Notes: generated by a model not told the origin, from the letters alone. 64,000 nt of DNA from Candidatus Shapirobacteria bacterium (GCA_016188545.1 JACPHO010000001.1:90774-154773); one strand, 5' to 3'; positions 1 through 9,732 are shown, counted from the first letter of the stretch. Made by a program: numbers and translations.

Positions 1-338
1 ACCAATCTCTCGTTTTGAGTTGGGGAGGGTAGAATCAACCAGTAGTCCCTGTCGGTCCCGATACCAAAATATTGCCTCTGGTTACGCTCTATCATAGTAC
101 TACTTGTTGCTTCGTTATTCAGTTTCAAATATCTTCGCTTTTCAGACTCTATCTCATCTACCCTACGCTCAAGGGTGTCCACTCGCTTCTCTGCGGACTT
201 CAAAGTAACAAATTGGCGGTAAATGTTAACCAATGATGTGTATATAATGTATCCCAGAATCCAGTAAAACGATCCTTGTTTTACTATCTGCCATAGCCTA
301 GATTGTGTTTTGTCCTTATTTATGTTACTATAAGTCAT
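1..338 (-). CDS. partial hypothetical protein; runs off the left edge, N-terminus at 338
   Basis: Manual translation of the minus strand from ATG at 338..336 gives MTYSNINKDKTQSRLWQIVKQGSFYWILGYIIYTSLVNIYRQ... with no stop before nt 1. It has one hydrophobic helix followed by a charged coiled-coil-like stretch. It is divergent from the recombinase gene. Confidence 0.3.
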   Translation of the reverse strand, partial: MTYSNINKDKTQSRLWQIVKQGSFYWILGYIIYTSLVNIYRQFVTLKSAEKRVDTLERRVDEIESEKRRYLKLNNEATSSTMIERNQRQYFGIGTDRDYWLILPSPTQNERL

Positions 339-360
339 ATTTAAGCGTTAACTTTAATTC

Positions 361-1227
361 ATGAGTCAAATAACCATTGATGCTGCCCTTAATTTGTTCA
401 CTGGAGCACTTGCCAAGAGAGGCAAGTCAACTAATACTATTGTAGCCTACAAGGGAGACATCAACCAATTAATCAACTTCCTTAAGTCTCAAAACATAAC
501 TACCATTGACGACATTCTTGCCACCCACATTGAAGCCTTCAAAAAAGATCTAATCAACAACAATTACACCGCCAAATCAGTCTCCCGCAAACTAAATTCT
601 ATCAAAAACTTTTTCTCATTCCTCTTATCTGAAAGTGTTATTACCAAGGATCCTTCCACCGAAGTTAAGCATCCAAAATATGAAAACGATATACCCAAGA
701 TCCTCAAACCTTTAGAGTATCGCTCTCTTCGTGATGCTTGTCGTAACGACGTCCGTTCCACTGCTATTGTCGAGCTAATGCTCCAGTCAGGTCTTCGCAT
801 CAAAGAAATCGAAAATCTAAAACTAGAGAACATCCGTGAGAATGACATTTTTATCGAGAGTTATGAAAGTCACTCTTCTCGTGTCGTACCTATGAATAAT
901 TCTGCTAAAACAGCTCTCAAAAAGTATCTCGATGAAGGCCGCTATCAGTCCAAAGCCAAGAACGTCTTTGTCACCAAAACTGGTCGTCATCTTCTAGCCC
1001 GTAATATCCGCAGTTTACTCAATCGTTATTTTGACAAAGCCGACATCAAAGGTGTCAAAGTTAATGACCTACGCAACACCTTTATTGTCTTCCAGCTCAA
1101 ATCAGGCGTCCCCATTGACGTCGTTTCCCAGGTTGTTGGACACAAGCGCATTTCCACTACCGAAAAATATCTCGAACTCATCGATTCCAAAGAAGAATCA
1201 AAAGGCATAAAATTAAAAGAATTATAA
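361..1227 (+). CDS. tyrosine site-specific recombinase (XerC/XerD/phage-integrase family)
   Basis: Lys-rich N-terminal core-binding domain. C-terminal catalytic signature ...VGHKRISTTEKYLEL (His-x-x-Arg ... Tyr nucleophile), typical of tyrosine recombinases. Confidence 0.85.
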   Translation: MSQITIDAALNLFTGALAKRGKSTNTIVAYKGDINQLINFLKSQNITTIDDILATHIEAFKKDLINNNYTAKSVSRKLNSIKNFFSFLLSESVITKDPSTEVKHPKYENDIPKILKPLEYRSLRDACRNDVRSTAIVELMLQSGLRIKEIENLKLENIRENDIFIESYESHSSRVVPMNNSAKTALKKYLDEGRYQSKAKNVFVTKTGRHLLARNIRSLLNRYFDKADIKGVKVNDLRNTFIVFQLKSGVPIDVVSQVVGHKRISTTEKYLELIDSKEESKGIKLKEL

Positions 1228-1532
1228 TAACAGATTTAGACAAATAGATTTTTATCACCAATAAATTATAATTATTCAATCAAATAAAGTGCCAGAATCT
1301 AAACAAGTTGAAGGGTTTTCAACATCTGAACCAAACTCAACACTGGTTGATTACGCTTATTTGGTAGCAGAATATGAACAACAAGCCAGCTCAACTGGAG
1401 GAAGAGTATCTAAATCAACTGGAGATATCTGTACTATGCAATATTTTAATAAAAGCGGTGGGTTGGTTACGACGATATCTTTCAACAAATCAACCAGAAC
1501 CTTGTCACTTATCCCAAATCTCGAAGAATAGT

Positions 1533-3866
1533 CTATAGTTTTGCTCTCTTCCCAATATCACTCTCGACAATTTCTTTTGGTCGGCCGTATTTTAGTGATG
1601 ACAACTTCTTGATCATTGTCGCCAGCTCCTTGTTTCCTGGTTTTTTGATTTCATCAGCAGTCACGTTTAGTGAAAAAGGTGGCTGAGGGATACCGTTAAC
1701 CATCGTCTTCAAATAAGTATGTCCGATAGGTAAGTTAAGTAAATCGTGTTCGTTAAACTCCGGTTTAAATTGGTTCACCAAAAATGAGGCATCCGAAATA
1801 CCTACTCGAAATGAACAAATCGACCCTACATTTCCAAATACGGCGTTTTTAATCTCGTCATCCATCTGGCTGATAAACTGATTTCCTACCGTCAAATTCA
1901 GATGGTATTTTCTAGCTTCGCTCATAATCACCGCAAAATCCTGGGTGGCAAAATTCTGAAACTCGTCCACATATAGGTAAAAGTCTTTTCGTAGAGGTTC
2001 TGGGGTATCCTGACGGCTCATCGCCGCGATCAATATTTTTGGAATCAACACCAATCCCAAGAATGCTGAATTTTCCTCACCAATGCTACCCTTGGCCAGG
2101 TTAATTATCAAAATCTTTCCCTCATCCATGGCAGTTCTGAAGTTGAACGAACTGGTAGATTGCCCAATGATGTTTCTCATCATGGTATTGGTAATAAACC
2201 GACCAAATTTCGAGACGATGTAATCCAGTACCTCAGATTTATGGAATTCATTGGTATTAGCAATTTGGTCAGTCCAATAGCGCTTCACCATCGGGTCAGC
2301 CACTTTGGGCAACAGTTGTTGGACAAACGATGGGTCAGTCAAACATCGTACGATTTCGATAAAAGTTGCCCCCGGTTCAGCCATCACTGTCAACATTATG
2401 TTTCGGATTGCATGTTCAAATCGAGGTCCCACAATACCTGTTTTATAAGGATCGTACAATTTGTACATCAAGTTAATGATGGATGAGGTCACAAAATCCT
2501 TTTGATCTTCACGTTCACATTCCATGACGTTAAAGCCCATCGGTCGGTCTACCATTCCCGGATCAAAATAAATTACATCCTCAATCCTCTCCGGTGGTAT
2601 CCGTTCTAGTATCATTTCGTAGGTATCGTGAGGATCAATAAAACACACTCCCTTACCAGCCTTGATATCCTGCAGCGCCATATTAGCCAGTAGCCACGAT
2701 TTACCCACACCAGTTTGTCCCACCACATAAAAATGACGCTGCCGGTCTTTGGTGGTTACATGAAATTTTTTCTTAATACCTCGGTAGTGGTTTTCACCTA
2801 TATATATCCCCTCATCAGGACTATCAGTTGGAGCCGGTGCTCCCTTTGCTTTGAGCCAGTAAATATTAGGAGTTTCAATCGTCTTGTTAGGAAAATGAAA
2901 AATCGAAGCAATCTCATCAGAGGACAGAATAGTTTTCCCCTTGTGCCAATAAATGATTGGATATTTGTATATAAAGTCGTCCAAGAAAAATTTTTTGATC
3001 CAGATTTTTCGGCTAGAAAGCTTATTCCAAGGCGACTCGTATTGGCCAAATGTAGCCTTAATATTCGATAAATTCATCTTAGCAGTTTCTTCGTTTGGAG
3101 CAAACGAAACTATTCGGATCGCTGTTTCAAATCCAACTTTACTCGACTTCACATCAATCGCTTCCAGCTGTCGGGCATCGACTTTGTAACTAGCTTTTTC
3201 CGGGTTTGCCTCTGATTTTTTGGTACTTGATACAAACCCCTTTCCTGCTTTTGCCCAGCCTCCATCGGTTGGTGACAGCACCAGCTGTATAGCCATCGTT
3301 TCATTCGCCTCTAGTTTCGACATGGCTGAAGTGATAGTCGATAGGGGATCAGTCGGGATATCTTTGTAGGTTTTAAGTGGAAAGTATGGTGTCTTTTTTA
3401 TTCCCATCCAGGCATACTCTGCCTTACCTTCTTCGGGGTAAATATTTGGCTCTTCTACTTCCTGAACGTCGGCTCCGGCATAGACACTGTAAATCTGTTT
3501 TTCCATAAAGTCTTGAGTCTTTCGTGGAATACAAATATAAAATTTTATATCTTCATGCGTACCGATCATTTCCAAGGACACACTCGGTTGAGCCTGAAAT
3601 CTCTGTAAAAACTTAAACCTAGCGCTTTTATACAAACTAGAAAGCGATCCTAGTATGTGTTCCATAGCATCTATCTTAATTTCATTTTCTTCAGGAACAG
3701 CTACTAAAAGTGTTACCATCTCAAGTGACTTTTCTTCCCTATCTTTCCACTTATACCATAGTACAAATACCGCTAACAAAGCCCATAACAATACTAATAC
3801 CATAACAGTGATCATCAGCATCATCATTGCGTTTGTAGCAAACGCCATCAAAACATCAGGGGTCAT
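1533..3866 (-). CDS. VirB4/TrbE/TraC-like conjugation-type ATPase (FtsK/HerA superfamily), N-terminal TM anchor
   Basis: 777 aa. N-terminal hydrophobic helix. Walker A HFYVVGQTGVGKSW in mid-protein. Walker B-like FYLYVDEFQNF about 260 aa further on. This layout fits VirB4 rather than VirD4. Confidence 0.55.
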   Translation of the reverse strand: MTPDVLMAFATNAMMMLMITVMVLVLLWALLAVFVLWYKWKDREEKSLEMVTLLVAVPEENEIKIDAMEHILGSLSSLYKSARFKFLQRFQAQPSVSLEMIGTHEDIKFYICIPRKTQDFMEKQIYSVYAGADVQEVEEPNIYPEEGKAEYAWMGIKKTPYFPLKTYKDIPTDPLSTITSAMSKLEANETMAIQLVLSPTDGGWAKAGKGFVSSTKKSEANPEKASYKVDARQLEAIDVKSSKVGFETAIRIVSFAPNEETAKMNLSNIKATFGQYESPWNKLSSRKIWIKKFFLDDFIYKYPIIYWHKGKTILSSDEIASIFHFPNKTIETPNIYWLKAKGAPAPTDSPDEGIYIGENHYRGIKKKFHVTTKDRQRHFYVVGQTGVGKSWLLANMALQDIKAGKGVCFIDPHDTYEMILERIPPERIEDVIYFDPGMVDRPMGFNVMECEREDQKDFVTSSIINLMYKLYDPYKTGIVGPRFEHAIRNIMLTVMAEPGATFIEIVRCLTDPSFVQQLLPKVADPMVKRYWTDQIANTNEFHKSEVLDYIVSKFGRFITNTMMRNIIGQSTSSFNFRTAMDEGKILIINLAKGSIGEENSAFLGLVLIPKILIAAMSRQDTPEPLRKDFYLYVDEFQNFATQDFAVIMSEARKYHLNLTVGNQFISQMDDEIKNAVFGNVGSICSFRVGISDASFLVNQFKPEFNEHDLLNLPIGHTYLKTMVNGIPQPPFSLNVTADEIKKPGNKELATMIKKLSSLKYGRPKEIVESDIGKRAKL

Positions 3867-4270
3867 TCTTGTTTAAATTTTACATTACCTTTCCTCTTTT
3901 TTATTAGTTTGAGTAAAAATCCGGATAGCCATCTACCCGCTTCGTTGACTGTTTTCTTAAACCCCTCTACAAACCTAGCCCGGGTAACTGGTAGAACCAC
4001 TTTTGGATTTTGGTTTGGAGTCGGTACTAGTACTGGCTGTCCACTGTCATCATGAACAGTCTTCATTTGCCCTGGGTCTTCCTCGATCTTTTGCATCCAG
4101 CTTTTTACTTCGTGAGGAACTCGTGGAGTTGTCTCTCTAACATCAGTCATTACCTCGACCTTATGTCGCCGCTCAGTACCTGTTATTACCTCAGGTTTTT
4201 GTTCTGTTCTAGTTTCTAGAATCTCGTTTCTAGTTTCTGTCCCAAGGTTTTCTTTAGCTTCTGCCATCAA
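3863..4270 (-). CDS. hypothetical charged protein, 4-nt overlap with and upstream of the VirB4-like gene
   Basis: 135-aa ORF. Translationally coupled (ATGA-type overlap) to the ATPase gene. No recognisable motif. Confidence 0.35.
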   Translation of the reverse strand: MMAEAKENLGTETRNEILETRTEQKPEVITGTERRHKVEVMTDVRETTPRVPHEVKSWMQKIEEDPGQMKTVHDDSGQPVLVPTPNQNPKVVLPVTRARFVEGFKKTVNEAGRWLSGFLLKLIKKRKGNVKFKQE

Positions 4271-4332
4271 TTTTAAGTATAAACTAATCTTTTTCTAAAA
4301 GTTTACCCTGAGCGAGTAAAACGAGTCGAATG

Positions 4333-4412
4333 GGTCATTGCGAGGAACAGTTACCACAGTGACCTGCCTACCGGCAGGCAGGCGTGGCAATCTCGTTGGA
4401 ATCACTCCAGCC
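4333..4412 (+). repeat. GC-rich hairpin repeat element, copy A (TCATTGCGAGG ... CCTGCC-TACC-GGCAGG ... GGCAATCTCGTTGGAATCACTCCAGCC)
   Basis: Seen directly. Shares a 5' box, a perfect 6-bp hairpin and a 3' 27-nt box with copies at 14652 and 42657. It is GC-rich within AT-rich intergenic DNA. Confidence 0.6.
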
Positions 4413-4443
4413 TTGTTTTTCCTTCCTATTCTCGTTTCTACCC

Positions 4444-4881
4444 TTACTTTATCTTTTCTGCCAAACCATCGTATACGTCAGCCAACCAAGCCACTGATGA
4501 TGAAAACTTTAAACTTTCACCAGTAATTTTATCTGGAATTTTTTTCATTAAAATATCCATCCCTCGGTCAGAATCCAAAAGGACTGCTCCAAGCAGCACT
4601 GAACCCGTACCTGTTGCTAACTCTCCAGGAATAAGTTTGGTTACAATACTATCTACTTCCGGGTTAGTCAAAATTGATACCAATGCGCCTGCATCAATTA
4701 ATACGCCACCTACTATCAAACAATCCCCGACGGTAATCTCATGTTCTCCTACAGCCCTCAATCGCTCTGCATTTTTCTGTAAAAATTCTCTTACCCCAGT
4801 TTTTAATGATTCTTTTGCGCTACTACTAATAATATCTTTCATTCGAAATTCTAGCACGAATAATTGCCATTTCACTCTCAA
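4444..4881 (-). CDS. hypothetical protein
   Basis: 145-aa ORF with coding-like composition. Gly-rich segment PGELATGTGSVLLGAV. No confident family assignment. Confidence 0.4.
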   Translation of the reverse strand: MRVKWQLFVLEFRMKDIISSSAKESLKTGVREFLQKNAERLRAVGEHEITVGDCLIVGGVLIDAGALVSILTNPEVDSIVTKLIPGELATGTGSVLLGAVLLDSDRGMDILMKKIPDKITGESLKFSSSVAWLADVYDGLAEKIK

Positions 4882-4920
4882 CTATTCACTGTCATACATA
4901 GTTTATATTTTTTATAGAAT

Positions 4921-5039
4921 TCCTAATTCCTAATTCCTAATTCCTAATTCCTAATTCCTAATTCCTAATTCCTAATTCCTAATTCCTAATTCCTAATTCC
5001 TAATTCCTAATTCCTAATTCCTAATTATTAATTATTAAT
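4921..5039. repeat. heptanucleotide microsatellite (CCTAATT)15 followed by (ATTAATT)2
   Basis: Counted directly: 15 perfect CCTAATT units at 4921-5025, then 2 ATTAATT units to 5039. It lies in the divergent intergenic region between the starts of 4444..4881 (-) and 5061..6245 (+). It ends 21 nt before the ATG at 5061. Confidence 0.95.
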
Positions 5040-5060
5040 TCACGTTATACTACCTTAACT

Positions 5061-6245
5061 ATGTCCTCAGACACCAGCTTTGACCAAATTCGTAAAATCG
5101 ACAACAGCCGTCGTTCTGCTCCGTTTGCCGCCATTCTAATGATTGGCCTTACTCTCCTGATTTTTTATTGGTTCTTTCGTGGTGGCAGTTTTCGACTCTA
5201 TGCTAGTGTCTTTTTTGGTTTGTACTTTATTACCCGTCAAATCTGGGTCTCGGTTCTTCTCATTGGTATTATCCAAAACATTGTCTTTTTGCCACTCCAC
5301 TTTATGTGGCTCAAAATGTCCACCTCGATCAAGTCATTCGAAGACGAGATAGATGCCATCAAAGCCCCCGATGAGCAATACATTGTCTTTCAACAAAAGG
5401 TAAAAAAAGGGGACTTTGCCGCCTCATTTTACATCTTTAGTTTTATTCTCAACGCCATTGCTTTCTTCTCCGCCGGTAGAGTATTCCTTATCGACTTTTA
5501 CACCAAAAATCTCGATCCCGAACTGATTTATTCTTTTATTCCCTATCCGGAATACCCACTTCAGGGCACCATCTTTAATTTCCCCTTTTTCAAGGTCACC
5601 GACACTACCACTGTTGATTGGGAGTATATTATTTTCTTCTGGCTCGGAGTCACTATATTTTTTGCAGTTATTCGTCTCTTGTGGAGATTCCTCAAAATAT
5701 TTTTAGCCAAAAACGAGTCTATTCTCAAATACCGCATTGGTTACAACAAAATCCTTTTTGGCATTGGGGGAGTCGGGCTTACTCTCATTGTTCTTTCTGC
5801 TTACTTTTTACGACATATACCCACCAATGCCGTCTTCATTTGGCTCAGTGTCAATCTAACTCGACAAAACAGTACTATGAATTTAATCACTGCTATCGGT
5901 ACTTTTCTAACCACCATTGCCGCCGGATACAAGAATAGTAATATCAGTGCCAAGAATCTCCTCGCTGCCGGAGTCGCCAAAGAAATTGTCGAACAAATAA
6001 CCCGGGACAAGATGCGTCAAAGCTTCAAAAACGCCTTACTTTTGGGAATTGGCGCTTACACCATTACCTCACAGATCCCCAGCGCCTTCGAGCTTTCCGT
6101 GGCCACCTTCGAGGTTCTTTACATCATCTCTCCTTATACCTTTGACCGTTTTCTCACCCAAGTCGCCAACAAATCCACCCCCACCCCAGCCCCCGGTGAA
6201 TCTACCCCCCTCGCATCTCCTCCCGTCGATGCTCCCAAATCCTAG
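5061..6245 (+). CDS. polytopic membrane protein, hypothetical; Pro/Thr-rich C-terminus
   Basis: 394 aa with about 8 hydrophobic helices. C-terminal tail KSTPTPAPGESTPLASPPVDAPKS. Confidence 0.55.
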   Translation: MSSDTSFDQIRKIDNSRRSAPFAAILMIGLTLLIFYWFFRGGSFRLYASVFFGLYFITRQIWVSVLLIGIIQNIVFLPLHFMWLKMSTSIKSFEDEIDAIKAPDEQYIVFQQKVKKGDFAASFYIFSFILNAIAFFSAGRVFLIDFYTKNLDPELIYSFIPYPEYPLQGTIFNFPFFKVTDTTTVDWEYIIFFWLGVTIFFAVIRLLWRFLKIFLAKNESILKYRIGYNKILFGIGGVGLTLIVLSAYFLRHIPTNAVFIWLSVNLTRQNSTMNLITAIGTFLTTIAAGYKNSNISAKNLLAAGVAKEIVEQITRDKMRQSFKNALLLGIGAYTITSQIPSAFELSVATFEVLYIISPYTFDRFLTQVANKSTPTPAPGESTPLASPPVDAPKS

Positions 6246-7303
6246 ACATCGCGGTTAACCATATAAAGAGCTACACCCTGTATAAAATCAATCGCCTCAC
6301 TATTCAAATTCAGTGATCTCAGCTTTTCGGCAATATCAGCTGCCTTTTGGGCATAGCTTCGGCTAATATTTCCCGAATATTGTAACGATCTGCTATCAAT
6401 TATGGCTTGTTTCGCCCCATCAATATCAGTCTGCTTTGCAGACCTCTTGCCCCAAACTTTTTTCAAAGCTTCAATTTGTTTGGGTGTTCCATCTTTCAAA
6501 GTCCGTAGAATCAGTAAAGTTACTTTTCCCTGAAGTAAGTCGGAGTTGGCGGATTTACCAGTTTTTTCCGGGTCGCCAAATACTCCTAAGATATCATCCT
6601 GCAGTTGAAATGCTACCCCTCCATCCATCGAATAGTCAGTCAATATCTTCAGTGTGTCTTCACCAAGTCCGGCTAGCATTGCTCCAATATGTAATGGGTT
6701 TTCGTAAGTATAAATTGCTGTTTTTGCCCTGTGGACAGTAATCACATCGTCCTCAGTACACTTTTCTAATATCTTTTCCAAAGTAACATCATAAGCTTGA
6801 CCCCAGGCAGTATTGGTTATTCCTCTTAACATTTTTAAGGTAGCTCTTCGTACTAATTTGTCCTCAAATTCTGCACTAAGTAATAGTTCTTGTCCGATTT
6901 CCAATACTGCGTCGCCCACATCAACCGCCATCGAATCTCCATAGTGTCTGTCTCCATCTTCAAAGTATTTATGTGTGGTTGGTTTGCCACGTCGGACATC
7001 GTCCTGATCCATCATATCGTCGTGCATCAGTAGGGCAGTATGTACCAACTCGACTCCAATTGCCGCTTTCCATATCCGGTCGTCTACCGGTTTCCCTAGT
7101 AAGTATCCATAGTAAGTAAACGCTCCCCTCAGTCTCTTTGAAGACCTCAAGCTGTGTTCACTCGCATGCTCTACCATTTTCCTGACCAGATCCATTTGTT
7201 TTTGGTTGTATCCGAATCCTAGGGCAAGTTCACTCTCCCAGTATTCTTTTAATTTTGCATCAATAATTGGCACAAATTGTTGAAGTGTTTCTTTTGCGTT
7301 CAT
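6242..7303 (-). CDS. polyprenyl (geranylgeranyl/farnesyl) diphosphate synthase
   Basis: First Asp-rich motif LLMHDDMMDQDDVRRGKPT and second Asp-rich motif FQLQDDILGVFGD of trans-isoprenyl diphosphate synthases. Confidence 0.9.
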   Translation of the reverse strand: MNAKETLQQFVPIIDAKLKEYWESELALGFGYNQKQMDLVRKMVEHASEHSLRSSKRLRGAFTYYGYLLGKPVDDRIWKAAIGVELVHTALLMHDDMMDQDDVRRGKPTTHKYFEDGDRHYGDSMAVDVGDAVLEIGQELLLSAEFEDKLVRRATLKMLRGITNTAWGQAYDVTLEKILEKCTEDDVITVHRAKTAIYTYENPLHIGAMLAGLGEDTLKILTDYSMDGGVAFQLQDDILGVFGDPEKTGKSANSDLLQGKVTLLILRTLKDGTPKQIEALKKVWGKRSAKQTDIDGAKQAIIDSRSLQYSGNISRSYAQKAADIAEKLRSLNLNSEAIDFIQGVALYMVNRDV

Positions 7304-7414
7304 ATTCCCTATTAGTCGCTATTATTTTAAATATCCTCCGTATTCTATCTTATTTCGCTCTAACGTACTAAAGTTCCAAAGTTCTAACCATCTAATTTTC
7401 TGCTAATCTTAATC

Positions 7415-8590
7415 ATGCCCGTCACACAACCACGGTTTACCATCACCTTTGGCGGTTGGTACCAGCGCACCACTCTTCATCTCTCCGAGATTTACGACCT
7501 CTTCGCCCTTGGCCATTCCGGACTAAAATTAGATCAGGCCACTCTTACCACTCTTCACCAAAAACTCGACTTTGTCACAGTCACTCGTGAATGGGGAGAA
7601 CTCGAATATATCAAGTGCCTAACTTCCGACGGCATCGAAGTTCGCTATTACGAAGATGGACTTTATGTCCTGATTATCAATAGTACCCACATCGTCACCG
7701 GCCAAAAAAAGCTAAGAGAATATTATGACAACAGTCTAGCTCCGGCAATTTCATATATTTTTTCGCTCGGTGCCCCCACTCCCAAAGTCCTTGCCAATAT
7801 CCGCCAAGAGCACCCTACCGTCGTCTCTGCCTACACTACCACCCCCAAAACTTTTTTTGCCAAGTTAAAATTCGGCCCGGTCTATAGCCAAATCACTTCA
7901 CCCTCTCTTTCAGTCTACAAAACCCCCGCCCACATTATCATTCTCAGCAAAAGCAGTCCGGAGGATGTCAACAAACTAATCGAAATGCAAATATTTTTCC
8001 GTGAATTCAAAGACCAGCTCCACCGCTATCTCAATCTCCATCGGGAAATCTGGGAAGAAATCTCCGACATCAAGGAGCGCGGTTCAGTTTCCGGTAGAGA
8101 AGTCGAGTCCCTGCGGGCTCGTCTCGACTCCTATCAGAAGACTATCAATCTCATCAAAAGTCGTCTCAATCAAATGGGCACCTATGTTCGCACCCGAGCC
8201 TCAATTGCCAAAAAATTAGAATTAGAAGACCAGCTGGCTTCTGTCTTCCAATACAAATTCGAAACTCTCACCAATACCCATTCCTATGTTCAGGACATCT
8301 GGAAAATGACTCAGGATTATGTCGATACCGCCATTCAGGTGATTAACGAAGTCAAAGCTCATAGCACCAGTAACGGTATCAATTCCTTGCGATTAATTAC
8401 CACGATCGGAGTTCTCTCCGGAATTTTCGGCTATCTGAGTAAAGACCAGTTCCCCACCTTTACTCTCATTGGTCTTTGGTACTTTTTAGTTCTGGTTTTG
8501 GGTACATGGATAATCAATCAGGCTGTCACTACCGCTTTCAGGTCAATCCATTATCGTCTTAAATTTGCCAACAATCAGGGGATAAAATAA
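7415..8590 (+). CDS. CorA-like topology protein (large soluble N-domain, coiled coil, two C-terminal TM helices); lacks GMN
   Basis: C-terminus LRLITTIGVLSGIFGYLSKDQFP...LIGLWYFLVLVLG resembles the CorA/ZntB pore helices. The G-M-N signature is replaced by YLS. Confidence 0.35.
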   Translation: MPVTQPRFTITFGGWYQRTTLHLSEIYDLFALGHSGLKLDQATLTTLHQKLDFVTVTREWGELEYIKCLTSDGIEVRYYEDGLYVLIINSTHIVTGQKKLREYYDNSLAPAISYIFSLGAPTPKVLANIRQEHPTVVSAYTTTPKTFFAKLKFGPVYSQITSPSLSVYKTPAHIIILSKSSPEDVNKLIEMQIFFREFKDQLHRYLNLHREIWEEISDIKERGSVSGREVESLRARLDSYQKTINLIKSRLNQMGTYVRTRASIAKKLELEDQLASVFQYKFETLTNTHSYVQDIWKMTQDYVDTAIQVINEVKAHSTSNGINSLRLITTIGVLSGIFGYLSKDQFPTFTLIGLWYFLVLVLGTWIINQAVTTAFRSIHYRLKFANNQGIK

Positions 8591-8604
8591 TATTCTCATT
8601 TCAT

Positions 8605-8639
8605 TGAAAATTGAAAATTGTAAATTATAAATTGAAAAA
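8605..8639. repeat. five imperfect heptads (TGAAAAT-like) plus an adjacent 6-bp inverted repeat TGGCAG...CTGCCA
   Basis: Seen directly, immediately upstream of the transporter gene. A second AATT-containing 7-mer repeat placed in a promoter region. Confidence 0.45.
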
Positions 8640-8667
8640 TGGCAGTTTTCTCTCTGCCATTTTTCTC

Positions 8668-9732
8668 ATGTTCATGGGCACTGTTGGCTCAGGCATTTTT
8701 GTCCTGCCTTATCTCTTTTATCATTCCAACTTTATTTTTGCGGTTTTCTTTTTACTTATCCTCGGACTGGTGACCGGGGTTCTCAACCACTTTTATGCCC
8801 ACATTGTCACCTCTACTTCCGGCGACCACCAACTTGCCGGTTATGCCCGCATTTACCTTGGTCATCGATTTGCATCTTTGGCTACTCTCAACTTACTCTT
8901 ACTTTCTTTCGGAGCCATTGCCGTTTATCTCAAACTTTTTGTTAGTTTTATCTCCTTGCTCTTCCCCACATTTTCTCCGTTTTTACTTTTGACTTTTTAC
9001 TTTTTACTTTTATCTCTACTCTACTTTCTCTACTTTCACCCCTCGCCAACTTTCGACTTTATCATCCCCGTCTTTATGCTCCTCATTCCCATTTTTTTAT
9101 TTGTTTATTCATTTAGATTTTCACTATTAACTATTAACTATTCACTATTAACTAGTCCATCCTTCAAGTTCTTCGGTGCTACCATCTATGCTCTTTCTGG
9201 TTTCACTATTATTCCCGAAGTACAGGAAATTCTCTTAAAGGACAAAAAACACCGTCACTCATTACCACTGGTCGTTACTCTGGGAATGATTATGGTTATC
9301 TTTTGCTATCTCATGTTTATATATGGGGTCATCGCCATCAGCAATGGGGGAGTAAGTATCGATGCAGTCACTGGTCTCTCCCGTTCGACCCCTCTATTGG
9401 CTAAAATTATTTCCGGTTTTGGAGCGGTCATTGTTATGCGGGCTTCTTTCGGATTTCTCATTGTTCTGCGGGAACTGTTTTTCCGTGACCTGTCACTTCC
9501 CAAAAATCTTTCCAACATTCTCCCCTTATCATTCCCCATTCTGGCGCTGACTCTGGGATCGATATCACTTATTTCCCTCATCTCTCTGACAGGCAATATT
9601 ACTATTTTCGTTTCTGCTTTGCTAATTTGTCTCATCCGCCTCCGGCTCCCCACCACTTTTTGGACTCAATTTTGGGTACTGTTAGTACTCATCAGCCTAT
9701 TTCTTGGTTTAGTCATCAACTTTATTTTCTAG
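8668..9732 (+). CDS. polytopic membrane transporter, possibly amino-acid permease-like
   Basis: The six-frame ORF starts at a TTG at 8611. The first ATG (MFMGTVGSGIFVLPYLF...) is at about 8668. It has about 10 TM helices. GSGIFVLP resembles the amino-acid permease N-terminal motif. Confidence 0.45.
   Translation: MFMGTVGSGIFVLPYLFYHSNFIFAVFFLLILGLVTGVLNHFYAHIVTSTSGDHQLAGYARIYLGHRFASLATLNLLLLSFGAIAVYLKLFVSFISLLFPTFSPFLLLTFYFLLLSLLYFLYFHPSPTFDFIIPVFMLLIPIFLFVYSFRFSLLTINYSLLTSPSFKFFGATIYALSGFTIIPEVQEILLKDKKHRHSLPLVVTLGMIMVIFCYLMFIYGVIAISNGGVSIDAVTGLSRSTPLLAKIISGFGAVIVMRASFGFLIVLRELFFRDLSLPKNLSNILPLSFPILALTLGSISLISLISLTGNITIFVSALLICLIRLRLPTTFWTQFWVLLVLISLFLGLVINFIF

Noticed and set aside
1289-3189. 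Minus- and plus-strand ORFs (1289..1531, 2160..2486, 2715..3071, 2798..3049, 2953..3189) overlapping the VirB4-like gene
   Set aside because: They are entirely embedded in or antisense to a long ORF with clear Walker motifs and have no motifs of their own, so they are treated as spurious. The 80-aa ORF 1289..1531 lies between convergent genes and could be real but has no support.
4921-5039. Possible CRISPR array because of the regular short repeats
   Set aside because: The unit is 7 bp with no spacers. It is a microsatellite, not repeat-spacer architecture. No cas genes are present in the window.
8985-9160. TTTTTACTTTTT and CTATTAACTATT repeats inside 8668..9732 as copies of the intergenic AT-rich element
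   Set aside because: They lie in-frame within a Phe/Leu/Tyr-rich membrane-protein coding region (FLLLTFYFLLLSLLYF, LLTINYSLLTS). They are low-complexity coding sequence, not a discrete element.
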